Assembly: GCF_018977255.1 (NCBI RefSeq)
Contig: NW_024704743.1
Span: 99,016,001-99,080,000 of the forward strand
Direction: 5' to 3'
Source of the DNA: Callorhinchus milii
Taxonomy: Eukaryota
Length of the DNA stretch: 64,000 nucleotides
This document shows positions 1 through 60,526 of this stretch, piece by piece (positions within the stretch are counted from its first letter, which is position 1; each line of letters begins with the position of its first letter). The notes beneath the pieces were generated by a model. That model worked only from the letters and a program-made list of their open reading frames with translations. It was not told where the DNA came from and searched no databases. A program made the translations under genes and the position numbers.

Positions 1-570
1 TTCTATGCAAACTCCCTGCTTGTTGTCCTCTCCAACTCCTCCCTCTATAGGCTGCAGATCATCCATAACTCTGCAGACCATGACCTCTCCTGCATCAGGC
101 TCTGTGACCCTATTATCTCCATCCTCGCCCGACTCAAATGGCTTCCCATCGCACAGTGTTCAAGATCCTAATCCTCACCTTCAAAACCCTCCATGGCCTT
201 GCCTCCCCCTTACCTCTGCGACCTCCTAACCCCTACCAACCTGCCTGCTCCCTCTGATCAGCGGGCTTCGGCCTGCTTCACGTTCCCGCCTTGTCCGCAC
301 AACCATTGGCAGGCGGGCCTTCTGCCACTCTGCCCCCACCCTCTGGAACTCCATCCCGCAGTCTCTCCACCTCGCCTCCTTCAAGCCGCGTCCCAAGACC
401 CTCCTCTTCAACCGTGCCTTTGGTTACCTTTTTCCCTCCCCCTGCCGTCCACACTCACCAATCCCGATCCCCAGCTCAGGTCCCAAACACTGATTATCCA
501 GTGCCTTGGGACATCCTCCTGACGTGAAAGGCGCTATACAAATATAATTTGGTTATTGCTGTTGTTGTTG
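1..570 (+). mobile_element. L2 LINE 3' fragment
   Basis: Degenerate ORF2 C-terminus (..LQII.NSA..KILILTFK..LHGL), then the L2 3' tail ccttgggacatcctcctgacgtgaaaggcgctat...(gtt)n. Confidence 0.85.
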
Positions 571-723
571 TCAGCCTGGACTGCATACATTCAAACTCCT
601 GACAATGAGCTTGAATCCACAATCTCTGGCTTACAGGCGAGAGAATGCTAGCAACTAAGCCAAGCTGGTGATACCAACTAACCCAGCAAAAAAANCTGAA
701 CTTTTTCTTTCTTTGTTTTCCAG

Positions 724-47784
<47,061 letters not shown>

Positions 47785-48658
47785 ACTCACATGGATGGCA
47801 AGAAAAGTCAAAGAAGGTGATGGGTCGATGGGAAGAGGGCAAAAGTGGCACAATTGTGCAGCAAAAATCAGCATTTGGTTGGGCGGTCTGACCATGGTCA
47901 CTTTAACAAGCAATCATATCAGAACAGAGAGGATGCCTTTGGGATTAAAATGGGATCCATTCTAATTTCAGTTTTTTTTCCAATAACTCCAGAGGAGAGT
48001 GCACTGTGCAATTTGTGAGGAAGGGCTTTTCCTACAAACACGGTGCATCAACCTATTGAGTGTGCCGGAAGAAAGCAGAGTAAAGCTATAGAGTGTTGCA
48101 TATATGTCTGGTTTTGACTCTCACTGCCCATTTCCAAATTAGGTTCTTGTGCCCAATGATGCCAAAACAAAAGTTGACCTGAATCAAAAGAAAGGTGAAC
48201 TGCTATTGAGTGAAACACTTCACTGAATGGAACCAAAACAGTGGAGTGAAGACAATTGAAGATTGTATGTTGAAGATTCTCCGTCACTATTCAGACTGTA
48301 CCTAGTTACAGTTAAACTCAGGGGTTTACAATTATGTGACAATGGAGAGGTTGCCTGTAATCATATTACCAATTCTACTAACTTTTTTGTAGTATATGGC
48401 TGCGTACCTATTTGTTGTGTAGTACTTAATCTCACAAAGTTCCCTAGAAAGCTCACATATCTGCTGGAACTTTCAAATTGAAGCAAATTATTAGATAAAA
48501 GTGTACAATTTCATCACATAATGATTTCAGTGAAGGAATTGCTGTAAAATTTAATGCCATTTGGTCCAGAAAAGACTTCTTACCATACACAATACAGTTC
48601 TGTGCTCATTTGTAATTTTATTTTGTAGAAATATAGCCTGCATTATATGTTCTTGTGA

Positions 48659-48760
48659 TTCGCCCACAAATATACAGTCAATTTACTTTACAGTATATTC
48701 TGTGAAGCGCTTTGAGACGAAGATGTGATAAAACGCTATATCAAATGCAAGGATTATTAT
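48659..48760 (+). mobile_element. SINE 3' fragment in the GREB1L 3'UTR region
   Basis: ttcgcccacaaatatacagtc...gcaaggattattat. Confidence 0.85.
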
Positions 48761-49595
48761 CCTGCGCAAGGCTGGTTGGTTTGAATTGCACAACCTGTTG
48801 CATGCTTTTATTTACACTTATTTGCACCATTGTTTTTATGAATACTGTAAGTTAACCATTAAACCACACTTTCTCTAAATAAGCAGGCTGAATGAGGACA
48901 CAATGGTAGACTTGATGGTCAGAAACTTAATATCCTTTGTCTTTAATGTTAAATGGTAAAGCTACATACTGTTTGGAGGACGGAGGAAACACAAATTTCA
49001 GTTTCTTTTGTAAAATATGCAAAGAGTAAACCTGCACTAGTGTCACACTTCTTACTGCTGTGTGCCCTTTAATGTGTCCTTTTTCATTATTTTATTTAAC
49101 TTTTCAAAGGAAATGCTTTATGGGGATATAACTGAATGTAACATAGGTCTGTCTGTATTTTATCCCCATCAACAACACGCCACACCACACAACACTTGAT
49201 TATTTTAGTTTTTATACACCTATGGCAGTCCAAATTCCTACGGGGTCTTCTGTGTAAAATGATAACTTGGTTAGCAATCAAAACCAGCAAGAGACGTGTA
49301 ACAGACTGAAAATGTTAAATTGGTTCCAAAGCAATTCATGCCTTCGTTCCTATCCAATCCTCCCCCTTTCACATCCCCCACATTCAATGCATTGTTTATA
49401 CTGAAGACCATATCATTGAAACACAAAGTTTAGCGTAAAACTCTTTCTGCTGGGTGCCACAGTCGCTTGGCTTGCAATTTAGTAGCACAGTAATTTAGAT
49501 TTGACTGAACCAATTGAAGGAAAAGCCAAAAAAGTACAACATTTTTGATCTTTAGTTTGAAAAGTGTCAGCATGATGTCAACTTCAAGCTACACA

Positions 49596-49897
49596 GGAGT
49601 CCTGTAGCTCAGGATTTTCAAGCGAGAGACCTGGGTTCGATTCCCAGCAGGGCGAAACCTTGGACAAGTTTCCTTACTCCACACGCCTAATAATAATCCC
49701 TCAAGAAAAAAAACCAATACTAAAATTGGTCCACTTCAATGCTCGACTGTTTGTGGGACACTGCTGTGCACAATTGGCTGCCGGGTTTCGTCTACAAATA
49801 TACCTTCAATTCACTTTATAGTATATTCTGTGAAGTGCTTTGAGATGTCTAGAAGATGTGAAAAGCGCTATATCAAGTGCAAGGATTATTATTATTA
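49596..49897 (+). mobile_element. tRNA-derived SINE with a deletion in the tRNA head and an 8-bp TSD (tacacagg)
   Basis: tacacagg at 49590-49597 and 49896-49903. Confidence 0.88.
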
Positions 49898-50934
49898 CAC
49901 AGGCATGTAGGCTTGACCAGCAACAACATTCAGCACTCTCGAGTGTTGGTGGTGGTTGAGGGAGGAATGGAACAGAAAGACAATTCTGTATTTTTTATTA
50001 CCATGAAATAGGGCTGTTCTGCTGTAAATATTGCAGACTAGAAATGAACAAGGTTGTCTTCCACCTTGTGGTCTAGTTTATTTGCCACTGCACTGTGCAT
50101 GTTTTTTTTCTGGCTAAATTTTTGACTTTTGAGATTTTCAAGATCATAATTGTACAGAGGAGAATTTTTTGCATTTTTTATTTACCCAGTGTTATGTGAG
50201 CTTTATACAACAGATACCTGCCTTATGGGGTTCTTGGGGTTGAAAAGGATCACATGGCTTTTGTGTAGAAAGACAGATGACGATAATTAATATAAGGGGT
50301 AAGTTTTATTGTCACAGATCTCAGGTAGCTTTGTATTACATGAATGTATTGCTGAAGTTCAAATTCCACTGACAGGGCTTGATGTTAAATTTTGCTTATT
50401 ATGACCTAGACTAGAAATACCAAAAATAAATTGTAGACCTTTCTGTATGAGATGAATTTGTATGTAACTTTCAATGGTGACAGGTACTGTGGAAAATCAT
50501 GTTCTGTCTTGGTGGCGTGATTTTCAGTTCTTATGAAATCAACTTATTTAGCTGTGAATGGTGTCCTGCCATTAGCATAGCATCTGGTCCTGTCACTGAT
50601 CTTTGTGCATTTTACAACTGAATGTATACTGTGTTAATTAGAGCACCATTGTAAATTCATGCTTTATATTTGCAGTGCATCATATAAATTCCTCTGCCTT
50701 TTTTACAATCGACATACTCCATATCTACAAGTTAGCCAAACTACTGGGAACTCTTTATGAGAGCTTTTAGCTGGGACAAAGTGTTTTCCATTCCTGTTGT
50801 ATTATTGAGGATTTGCAGACAGGAATCCTCTGTTTTCTCTCACTATTGGATCACTTACTCTGGTGGTACTTGTGTGTCTAAGAAGCTACTAACCAACCGA
50901 CCTGTGTACTTTGAATTAGATTTTTTTNAAGCAA

Positions 50935-50940
50935 AATAAA
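50935..50940 (+). promoter_or_regulatory. Candidate polyadenylation signal AATAAA for GREB1L (alternative at 50425-50430)
   Basis: AATAAA after about 3 kb of T/TGTA-rich, 3'UTR-like sequence following the stop codon; motif match only. Confidence 0.3.
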
Positions 50941-51299
50941 ATGCTTAATGGTATGCCAAGTTTGAACTGGGGACAAATACATCAGCTGTGAACAAGTATT
51001 CTGTTCAGCCAGCTACAGCCCTTGACAACTCAATGCCACTTTACTAGAGGTTCCGTCATCTCCCTGTGTTTGTCAAGCCTGAAATGACAAATATTCAGTT
51101 GGAGAAGAAAAGTGAATGGAACATTATTTTGAACAAACACCACAATTTTTATCCTCTCATCGTTCCTGCATAAATTCCCATTCAAAAGCATGTATGTGAG
51201 GCGTGTTTATAAATTTCTATCTGAAAATCTCTATCCCTGGATACTGCTCATTATGCTCAGGGTGAATTTTCAGTGTACTCTATCCTGTTATAGACTTCT

Positions 51300-51548
51300 C
51301 GACCTGCTTATCATATCCTCCCTCTCCAACTTGCTTATTCCCCATGCCACCACCCGTCACCTCTGCTCGCTTGGCTCTGGCTTCCTGCGTGTCCCTGTTC
51401 CATCATCGGTGGCTGTGCTTTCAGCCACTACGCTCTGAAGCTCTGGAACTTTCTGCACCAATCCCTCCATCTTGCTCCCTCATTCCCCATTTTCAAATCA
51501 AACCTTAAGACCTTCCTCTTCGATCGTGCCTTCGGTCACCTCTCCCCA
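51300..51548 (+). mobile_element. L2 3' fragment
   Basis: [29 protein letters not shown]. Confidence 0.75.
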
Positions 51549-53569
51549 ATAGAGTACAGATACTCAGGTTAGTATAGGCTCTCACATAAAGAGTGACCAC
51601 TTGCTGCAGCCAGTGCCCAAATTAACAGTCAACATCTTTACAAAAGGAAAGAAAGGTAAACATTTCACTTACGAAAGCTGTTGAAATTGGACCAGACGTT
51701 CTGTATTGATCATCAAAATGGGTCAACCTGGGTCAAAATGGGTCAAATGCGTAATGTTCCTATATAAGCCTGGGTTGTCCCAGCTCAGTCACTAAATCCA
51801 TGTTAGGAACATCTTTTAGAAGACATTGCTTATGATTCAGATCTCCAGGCGACATCTCTTGCAATCAACATAAATTAGAATTCCCTTCACAGGTTATTTA
51901 CTAGGGTCTATGTCAAATCCAAGAGCTGCATACAGCACCAGTCTTATTGTACTCTAAAGTAAACATGCTTGATAGGACAGCTTGATCAACCAATGAGCAG
52001 AATGAAACATTGTTCACAAATGAAACATGAACAATGATGCCTTTTAGTTAGCAGACTCCAGTTTCATTGAATGGTGCATGTCAAGTTAATGTCCCATTGT
52101 CAAAAAGCTCAGCCAGTTTATATCCTTGTGGAAGGATTAGCTTTTTAGCAGATGGTTCCTGACATTTGAGAACCATAGCAGTGAATTCACAATTTCAGGT
52201 TAAAATGTTCCAACAAATGAAAACATCTAGCAGACGAAGAAAGTCAGTCCCAGCACGACATCAATGCCCAAGCAGCACATTTGAGCTTCAAAAACAGATT
52301 CTAGAGAAACTGGCTTCAAATGTCAGATGTTGACTCTTATGGTTCCCAATAGACCAGTTGCTGTCTCCCAATTTTTATCCTGAATGTCCTGCTCCATGTC
52401 TCCTGATACATTCATGCTACTGGACACCCAGAGGCTCACTAGATTCCAAAAACAGCTGAATGAAGATTGAAGTGACAGCGTATCATTGACAAGTGCTTAC
52501 CCCAAAGTCTGATGATTGGTTATGTTACTAGGTTTACCTCAGAGGAATTCATAGTTAGAAATAAAGGATATGTTGCACTCCACTGAGGCACCTTAAAGCC
52601 AGAACAGTACTTTTCACTGTTATGGTTTCCAAGAGACCCATCTTTTTAATTTTGGATATGATGTAATTCACACAATCACTTCAGTCTTACTTTCAGTGCT
52701 TGGCAAACCAGCACTCAGGAGATTTGGCATTTGGCAGAAACATTGTTAACAATACCCTGACAAGGAAGATCATTTTTCTTTTTGATTCTCAACACTTTTT
52801 GGTTTGGTTCAATGTTCATCAAATTCAAGGCAGCAAACCTTACAAAGGGGCTGTAATTTTAATCTCTCTGTAATTTAACAGGAACAAGAAAGATCTGCTC
52901 GGTAGGTTATTCCTCACTAGTGGGTGAGGTTTTTGATATTCACGTTTGCTTGCTTTGGTGAAGAATACAAACAGCTCTGGCTCTTTTGCCCAGGGTCTGA
53001 AAGCAATCAAAACTGTATATGCTTGCTCGTTTTTTTCTAACATTCTAGGGTGCAATACTTAAGTGGAAAATATTTTTGGGACGTCTTTGCCGTCTTGAAA
53101 TATGAAATTCTCTTGTAAGCTCAACATCCAGAATTGTTCAGCCAGAGTTACAAAGATTCGATCTCTGGTAATAACCTTCTTAAGCTGGCTTCTTAATACT
53201 TGGTTTTGTAAAGGATATTACATTTCTTATTTTAGATAGTAAACTGAATCTTGGAAAATTGTCTCTACCTATTATATCTGTTTGCATTAGAATATTAGCC
53301 TTTTCTATTTCTGGCTGATTAAATGTATTGCACTGTTGCTACTGATTCCTCTCATGCAAGAAGATTCATGGTCACTATATAAGTCAACTTTCATTCCTAA
53401 CAAAAGATTATGCATTTTGGCAGATAAATGTTTGCATCTTGTAGTAAGATGAACCTTCATTCACACAGTGGACACCCCTTTGGGAGACATACTTGTCTTC
53501 ATCCCTGGCAGATATGGACATAGTCTCTGAATTTTCACAGCTTTAAGCTATTTCTTGCTGAAGCTTAGC

Positions 53570-54220
53570 TGAGTTGGTCTCTGTGTGAAGGAACACAGGG
53601 GCTGAACCAGCCTCATATGTCATCCTGTTTGTGGCTTATTGCTAGACCTCTTTTGAGGTGATATAATTGTCTAGGAGGTTCTGCTACAGTGCTTCCCCAG
53701 GGTAATATTGTCCTTCCATACTTCCTTGTTTCATTTAGCTCCCATTACAGTGCTCGATTCTGAGCACCACCTAGCCAGCACTATTACTTCAGGAGCTGGC
53801 TGGCTATTACTTGCTTTATTCTTTATCACTTTATCTATTCAACTGATTATACAAATCTAGTGAAGACATGGAAGTGTCAAGATTCTTTGTGGCCTTTATT
53901 CTTCGCTATGTTTCAGAACCATATAGCAGGTGCAATAGATGCTGGTTTGTATGGTTTGATCTGAGTTTTAAGGGGAGTTTACAATTTCTCCGAAGTTGAA
54001 TAGACTTTGAAATTGAAAGGCATTTAATCTTTTCTGCATCTAAAAATGCCCAACTGTTTGGAAAGGATTGTGGTATATAACAAAGCCACGAGAAAGGTTT
54101 AAAACCAAGGAAGGCATCATATATATTGTACAGGAAGAGAACATATTCCAGTCTGAAAATTTATTCGAGGAGCAAGATCTCCCAGTAATTTTCCCAGCTG
54201 ATTTGGTTGACTTGCCGATA
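53570..54220 (-). mobile_element. Decayed RTE-clade LINE 3' remnant
   Basis: Hand translation of the minus strand across frameshifts: LLYGSET*, IS*IDKV, WLG, RAL*WE...RKYGR..PW.STV. These match RTE C-terminal motifs LLYGSETW, IxWxDKV, RWLGHV and ALxW..RGRP..TW. Confidence 0.6.
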
Positions 54221-55499
54221 TGTACAATATAACCTTTATTCAGAAAATTAGTACTAACCTAAAGGTAATAATTTTTTTGTTGAATGTAAACAGTAGGTGA
54301 TTAAAGTACAAATTCTAGCATTAGATTAGATATTAAAATATGAACAACTTAACTGTGAAGCTTAAATTATGCAATGGCTTTTTGTAATTCTACAGGATGT
54401 TTATCTAATTGCTGCTTTGTTATGTTAAATCTGAATTTAATTAAATTTTGGACCCCAAATATGGTGAACTTCTGCTTTACCAACTGGACCTACCTCAGTT
54501 TCAATATTTGTATAATGTGTCAAATTGTCTGCTACAGTTGTCGCATCAGTTTGTTTTTGAATGTGTTTTAATTTGAATGTATTAAATTGACATTTAAACA
54601 GAATCACTTGTTGCAATTCTTTATTTTCAGACCGAAGTTTTCAGTTTCAAAAGCAGCTAACTTATTTTTTTTGCGAAAAATTGAATAACATGATGGTTAT
54701 ATGATCATAAAAAAGCAAGATAGTAAAAAAAATTAAAGCTGGACTTTATTGTTCTGGAAGATCCAATGTTAGCTTGGCTCAGTTGGTAGCGCCCTCACCT
54801 CCAAATCGTGGGTTCAAGCCCCAAGTTGGGACTTGATACTCGTAGTCTAACTGCCACTCCAATAAAGCCCCTCTGACTTGCTTCTTTCTCATCTTGGTCA
54901 AGGACTACCTCTTGGACTATGCTTTCAGTCAGCTTTCCCTTCCCTAACCCACCAATTCAGGTGACCCGCTAGTATTGTTAAACACTTTGAGACATCCTCC
55001 TGCATGTTTAAACCTGTGCTGCATGTTTAAACCTGTTCAGATGGATGTTAAAGCTCCCATGACACCCATGTAAAAAAAGGGGAGTTTCTTCCAATGTCAT
55101 GGCCATTGATCATAAGATTGGTCTGGATGAAGAAGGTCCTCCAGCCCATCCAATTTCATAATAAAATTGGTCATTAATTTCATGGCAGTTTGTGGGGAAT
55201 TGATGTGTACAAATTAGCTGCCACATTCAATGTACAATATAGACATATCAACACAGAATATCCTGTGAAGGACTTGAGAAATCCAAGGATCTAAATCAAA
55301 TGTAACGACTATTCATAATATATATCAAAGTATGCCAAGATTACATTTTGAATGGTGACTGCTGTTTAATTGGTATTATTGTTCTATTGTAGTTTCACTG
55401 GGTATTGAAATAGATTACCTCTAGTAGAGGAAGGCCATAGAGAGGAAGGCCAGAAACGCAGTAGAGAGGAAGTCTTCTATCAAAAGGTCTGTAGTAAAA

Positions 55500-55965
55500 T
55501 AGAAAGATCATTCAACTCATCATCTCTGTGCTGACTCTTTGAAAATGTAATCCATTCAGGCCCATTTACCTGCCTCTTTCACATTGCTCCTTTTAAAGCT
55601 ATATCCAGTTCCCTCCTGAAAGAGGTATATGGATTCGATCTTGACCACCACATCCAACACAACATTCAAAATTTTAACAATCCTCTGTGTAAGAACATCC
55701 TAATCTCTCCCTTTGCTTTCTTGGTAATTGATGCCCTCTAGTGAATGATTCACCAACAACAGGAAATAATTTGATCCTATTCTATCAAAATCTCATATAA
55801 TATTAAAGTCCTATATTAGTCTTCCCTCAACCTTCTCTGTTCCACTGATCTTAGGCTCAGTTCCTCTAATTTCTGCACAAATGGAATTTTTATCCTCAAA
55901 GTCCAACTAGCATGATCTTAGTAAAGCTCCTCTACGCCCTCTATGGCTCTGACATACTTCCTAAA
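55500..55965 (-). mobile_element. Decayed CR1 3' fragment
   Basis: Similar to 27550-28040. Confidence 0.6.
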
Positions 55966-56430
55966 GCCATACGCCTGTTCCTCGACTGCATGCTCCCTCT
56001 TGGCAATACTATGCAGATGTGGGTTAACTTCCACATGTTTGTGGATGACACTCAAGTCCAATTTTCCACTTACACTCATGATTCCAAGTCATTGATGTCC
56101 TGTCTGCTTCGCTTGCCTGTGAGCTAAAAATCCTGTATCTAGAAAATGAACAAGACCCCAGAAGCCATGCCTCTAGGTATCACTAACATCTCCTCACCCC
56201 GCATAGCCACTCTAAAAAAATTGGCATCTTGTTTGATCCTCAGATCTCCATTCCCCCTTACACCTAGTCTCTGCCCCAAGACTGCTTTTCTTCACCTCTG
56301 CCACACCTATCACAACAAACCCTATCCATACCTTCATTTACCTCTTGTCTGCACTTTTCCAATTGTGCCCCAAAATGCACAGTATTCCTAGAGAGTGAGA
56401 TGGGAATTAAGATATAATAATCCTTGCATT

Positions 56431-57586
56431 TATGTGACCAATGACATTTTGTTCATCTGGGACCAGGGCTCTCTCTGCCTGCTCGTCCTCCTTGACCTCT
56501 CTGCTGCCTTCAATACTGTTGCCACTCTATCCTCCTCCACCGCCTCTCCTCTCACCTCAACCTCCACAGTTCTGTCCTTGAATGGTTCAGATCCTACCTC
56601 TCACACCGTCTCCACTTCATCTCCACAACAGTCTCTCATGTACCATCTCATGCGGTGTTTCTCGGGGCTGTCCTTGGTCCCCTCTTCAATATCTATATGC
56701 TTCCTCTTGGTGACATAATCCGCAGTATGCAGATGACACCCAACTCTATCTCTCTGCCTCTACCCTTGACTCCAAGACCACTGCCACTGCTCCCATCAGC
56801 GCCCCTATACCTCAGGCACTGACAGCATCATCATCCAAGGATGCACACTCCACCTCACCAACCAGAGAGGAACCATAGCATCTTGTTTGACCCTCAAGTA
56901 TCCTTTCTACCCCACATCCGTGCCATGACCTGCTCTGCCTTCCTCCGCAACATTGCCCGGCTCCACTGTCTCACACTGCAGGCCACCGAAACCCTCATAC
57001 ACACATTCATAATATCCAGGCTCAACTATGCAAACTCCCTGCTTGTTGGCCTCCCAACCTCCTCTCTCCATAAGGCTGCAGATCATCCAGAACTCTGCAG
57101 CCTGTGTCCTTTCCTGCACCAGGTTCTGTGTCCTTATCACTCCCATCCTTGCCCAACTCCATTGGCTTCCCATCACATACAGGATACAGTTCAAGATCCT
57201 GGTCCTCACCTTCAAAGCTCTCCATGGCCTTGTGCCCCCCTACCTCTGCGACCTCCTAACTACCTACCAACCCACTCACTCCCTCTGCTCAGCAGGCTCC
57301 GGCCTGCTTCACATCGCTCGCCTCACCTGCCCCAACATTGGTGGGTGGGCCTTCAGCTATTCTGCCCTCACTCTCTGCAACTACAACCTGGAGTCTCTCA
57401 TCCTTGTCTCCTCCCTTGCCTCCTTCCAAGACCCTCATCTTCAACCGTGCCTTCGATCACCCTCCTTCTCCCACTGCCCTCCACCTTCCCCAATCCTGAC
57501 TCCCAGCTTGGGGAAACACTGATTGTCAAGTACCTTGAGATGTCCTCGCAACTTGAAAGGCGCCATACAAATGTAATTTTGTTGTT
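56431..57586 (+). mobile_element. L2 3' part (RT to tail)
   Basis: [23 protein letters not shown], tatgcagatgacacc (YADDT), LHWLPITYRIQFKILVLTFKALHG, tail ttgttgttg. Confidence 0.88.
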
Positions 57587-57926
57587 GCATTTGGTATAGC
57601 ACCTTATTACGTCTTTTGAGACGTCTCAAATGCTCACAGAATGTAAAGTGAATTATATTTGGAGGGTGAAACTCTGTAGCCAATTGCACACAGCAGTGTC
57701 CTGCAAAGAGTTGTGGAACAAGTGACCAATTTATTATAATTTTTTTTAAAAGGACTTATTATCTCGGAAAAGCGATCCGCCAATCGACTAACTAGGTTCC
57801 TACTTACTGCTAGGTAAACAAGAGGTGTGTGGAGTAAGGAAACTTGCCCAGCATTTCACCCTGCCAGGAATCAAACCCAGGTTTCTCGCTTGTGAGGCGA
57901 GTGCTAATCACTGACCCACAGACTCC
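57583..57926 (-). mobile_element. Older relative of the young SINE with an extra internal segment and a CAC anticodon loop
   Basis: Reverse complement: GGAGTCTGTGGGTCAGTGATTAGCACTCGCCTCACAAGCGAGAAACCTGGGTTTGATTCC...gggcaagtttccttactccacac. Confidence 0.75.
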
Positions 57927-60526
57927 TCGAGAAACAGTGATCAACGAGCTGGTTTCAGATCAATTTTACTTTCAATGAAATATTTTTTGGCTTTAGTCAC
58001 GTTTTGGTTCAGATGCAGAAAACATTCTCTATTTTGAACATTAATGAATATTGCTTCCAGTTGCCTATCCCCTAAATTTTAACACATGGAGGAAGGTTGA
58101 TTTTTAAAGTAAACATCTCGACTCTAAAACCTTGCCAAGTGGGTAGACCCTTCCTTCTCCACAATACAGGGAGGTGGTACTATAGCTATAGGTGAATTCC
58201 TTTTATATACAGGTCGTAATGATTTCTTTTGTTTATTCTCTACTAGAAATAGATGGCAATCAATTGAATTACAGATTCATGGAACATTGCCCCTGCAAAA
58301 TATGGTAGGCACATGACTTCCCATGGTCCATTATAAAATAAAGGATTTAAGATTTATACTTCAAAAACAGCAGTACTCCCTTGTTCCAGGAAAAAGTTGA
58401 ACTACACCAAAACCTACTTGTCAGTTCTTTCCAAACAGCATTGATGGAGAGTTTTTTAAAAAAAAATCAAAACTTAATCAGTTTTACAGTTCTGCTCTGA
58501 TATTAGATGTTTGAGACCATGATTAAGACCCAATAGAGCGAAAAAACAGTCACTTATGTTTTTTAACTTGTCAAAAGATTAAAAATACACACTTCAAATG
58601 TTTAATTTAAAAAAGACAGAACATGTGGTCTTATCTGTGGCGTAATGCAGAAAGCATACAAAGTAAACATGTGTATAACAAAATCTCTTAACAGTATTAA
58701 ATATCAGTTGAACAGTCACTTACTAGTTTTAAAATTCTAAAAACTAGATGTGATCCATATCTGTTTGCTAATAATCTGGCTTTTAATAAAAAGGCTTCTC
58801 AGCACATAAGACTCAAAACTACACATTTTTTGGAGCCCAATTTTGTTCCCAGTTGAATTAAGAACTAGACAAATAATCAGTCTTGTTTTTGAAAAGTACA
58901 TGTACAAGATATAAATGTTATTGAATAACATTTTCAAACAGTACAGGAAAAATGTTTTAGTATATTCACCGAAACAGATTTAAACTATAATTAAATGCAA
59001 GAAAGCTGACTTATTAGCAGTTTACGATAGCATTGTGCATTTAGAAGCTAAATACTCACTCAATTTAAACCACAACAGGACTTGGTCATTTCAGCTATGT
59101 GGTTGTGGGAAGATGCTCAACAGAGGGCAGGAGTTTCTCCATATTTGGGGAGAAGAGGCTGCAATCCCACAGGAGAAGCAGAGCAGGCCACTCACTTAAG
59201 AATATTATATGGCAGGTAGGGGCCCACAAAAAGGGAAATGAAGAAAGACCTTAAAATTTAATTGACTCAATAAGTTTTACTTTAGCTGAATTTAATAACC
59301 TAGAGCAATTTAGTGGTTTCCAGAACACATCAGAAATAAATCCATAACTAACTGATACCATCTCTTTTTGTGAGAAAAACACAAACGATAGTGTTAACAA
59401 GGTCATTATAATTTAATAATGATTTTAAATTCCAGAGTATTCCTAGTTACAAAGTAATGTATGTAAACAGGACCAAAACGCACATGGTTTGTATCTTGAA
59501 TTAATGGTAGCAAAAGTGCTCTCTTTTGAAAGATGCAAAACGTTGGCCAAATCGCAATACAAACTTGATTAACACTCAGATGATGGAAGTTAGAAGGAAT
59601 GGAGGAGGGTGAGAAGTCCTTTTTTCCCTTCCCATAAAAATTATACCAAACAGTAAATTTACAGTAGTGAATTTCAAAATTAGTTCTATGAATTAATACA
59701 AAATGAAGTCATTAAGGTAGAATTAGTCTACTTTTGAAACAATTTAAATCCAGTTGTAATCAAAGGCTTAGAGATTTTTTTCCAAGTTAACCATTATGTA
59801 ACCTCTTAAATGCGACTAGAGCAGTTCATAGGATTTAATACAAAGCTTTTAGAAGGGAGAGAGCTGATATATATCACATTTAAGATTTTAGTACTGCAGA
59901 CCAAATATAAGCCAGATCCCATGTACACATATAGATTGCAGTGCACTTTAAGTACACCATTCTGAATTTGAGAGGACTGATAAAATCATTGGTAAATTGC
60001 TGGTTCTACATTGTTTAATTATCAAACCTGTTAATCAGCCCCCACAGTACTTAAGATGTTTTGGTAGTTTTTAATGTGACAAGGGCTCCCCCAAATGGCC
60101 CAGTGAAGCAATAGTACTACCTAAACTGGCTAAACACACTGACCAGTGAAACCAGTTCTATTCTTGGTCAATGGCTTACCAGATTTCGACCAAGGCATGT
60201 GAGCCATTGGTGTCAAAATTGGCCTTAGTAACCTTGGGGACGCAGAGTACACATTTTACAATTATTTAGATTCAGTAATTCCTTTACTGGAACATTTGAT
60301 GTGTATATATATATATATACTCTCACTATCTGGTCTTAAAAAAAAACTGCTTGAACAAGATTGTGCAACAATAATCCAAGGTACCTTCAAGAGGGGAAGG
60401 GAAATAATATAAAAGATGTCAAGTGCCTAAACATAGAAGTTAGTGAATGTTTGAATGCTAATAAAGCAGCATCAAAAAATTAAACATTCCTAACCTTAAC
60501 ATTCACTCAAGCATAAATTAACTGAT

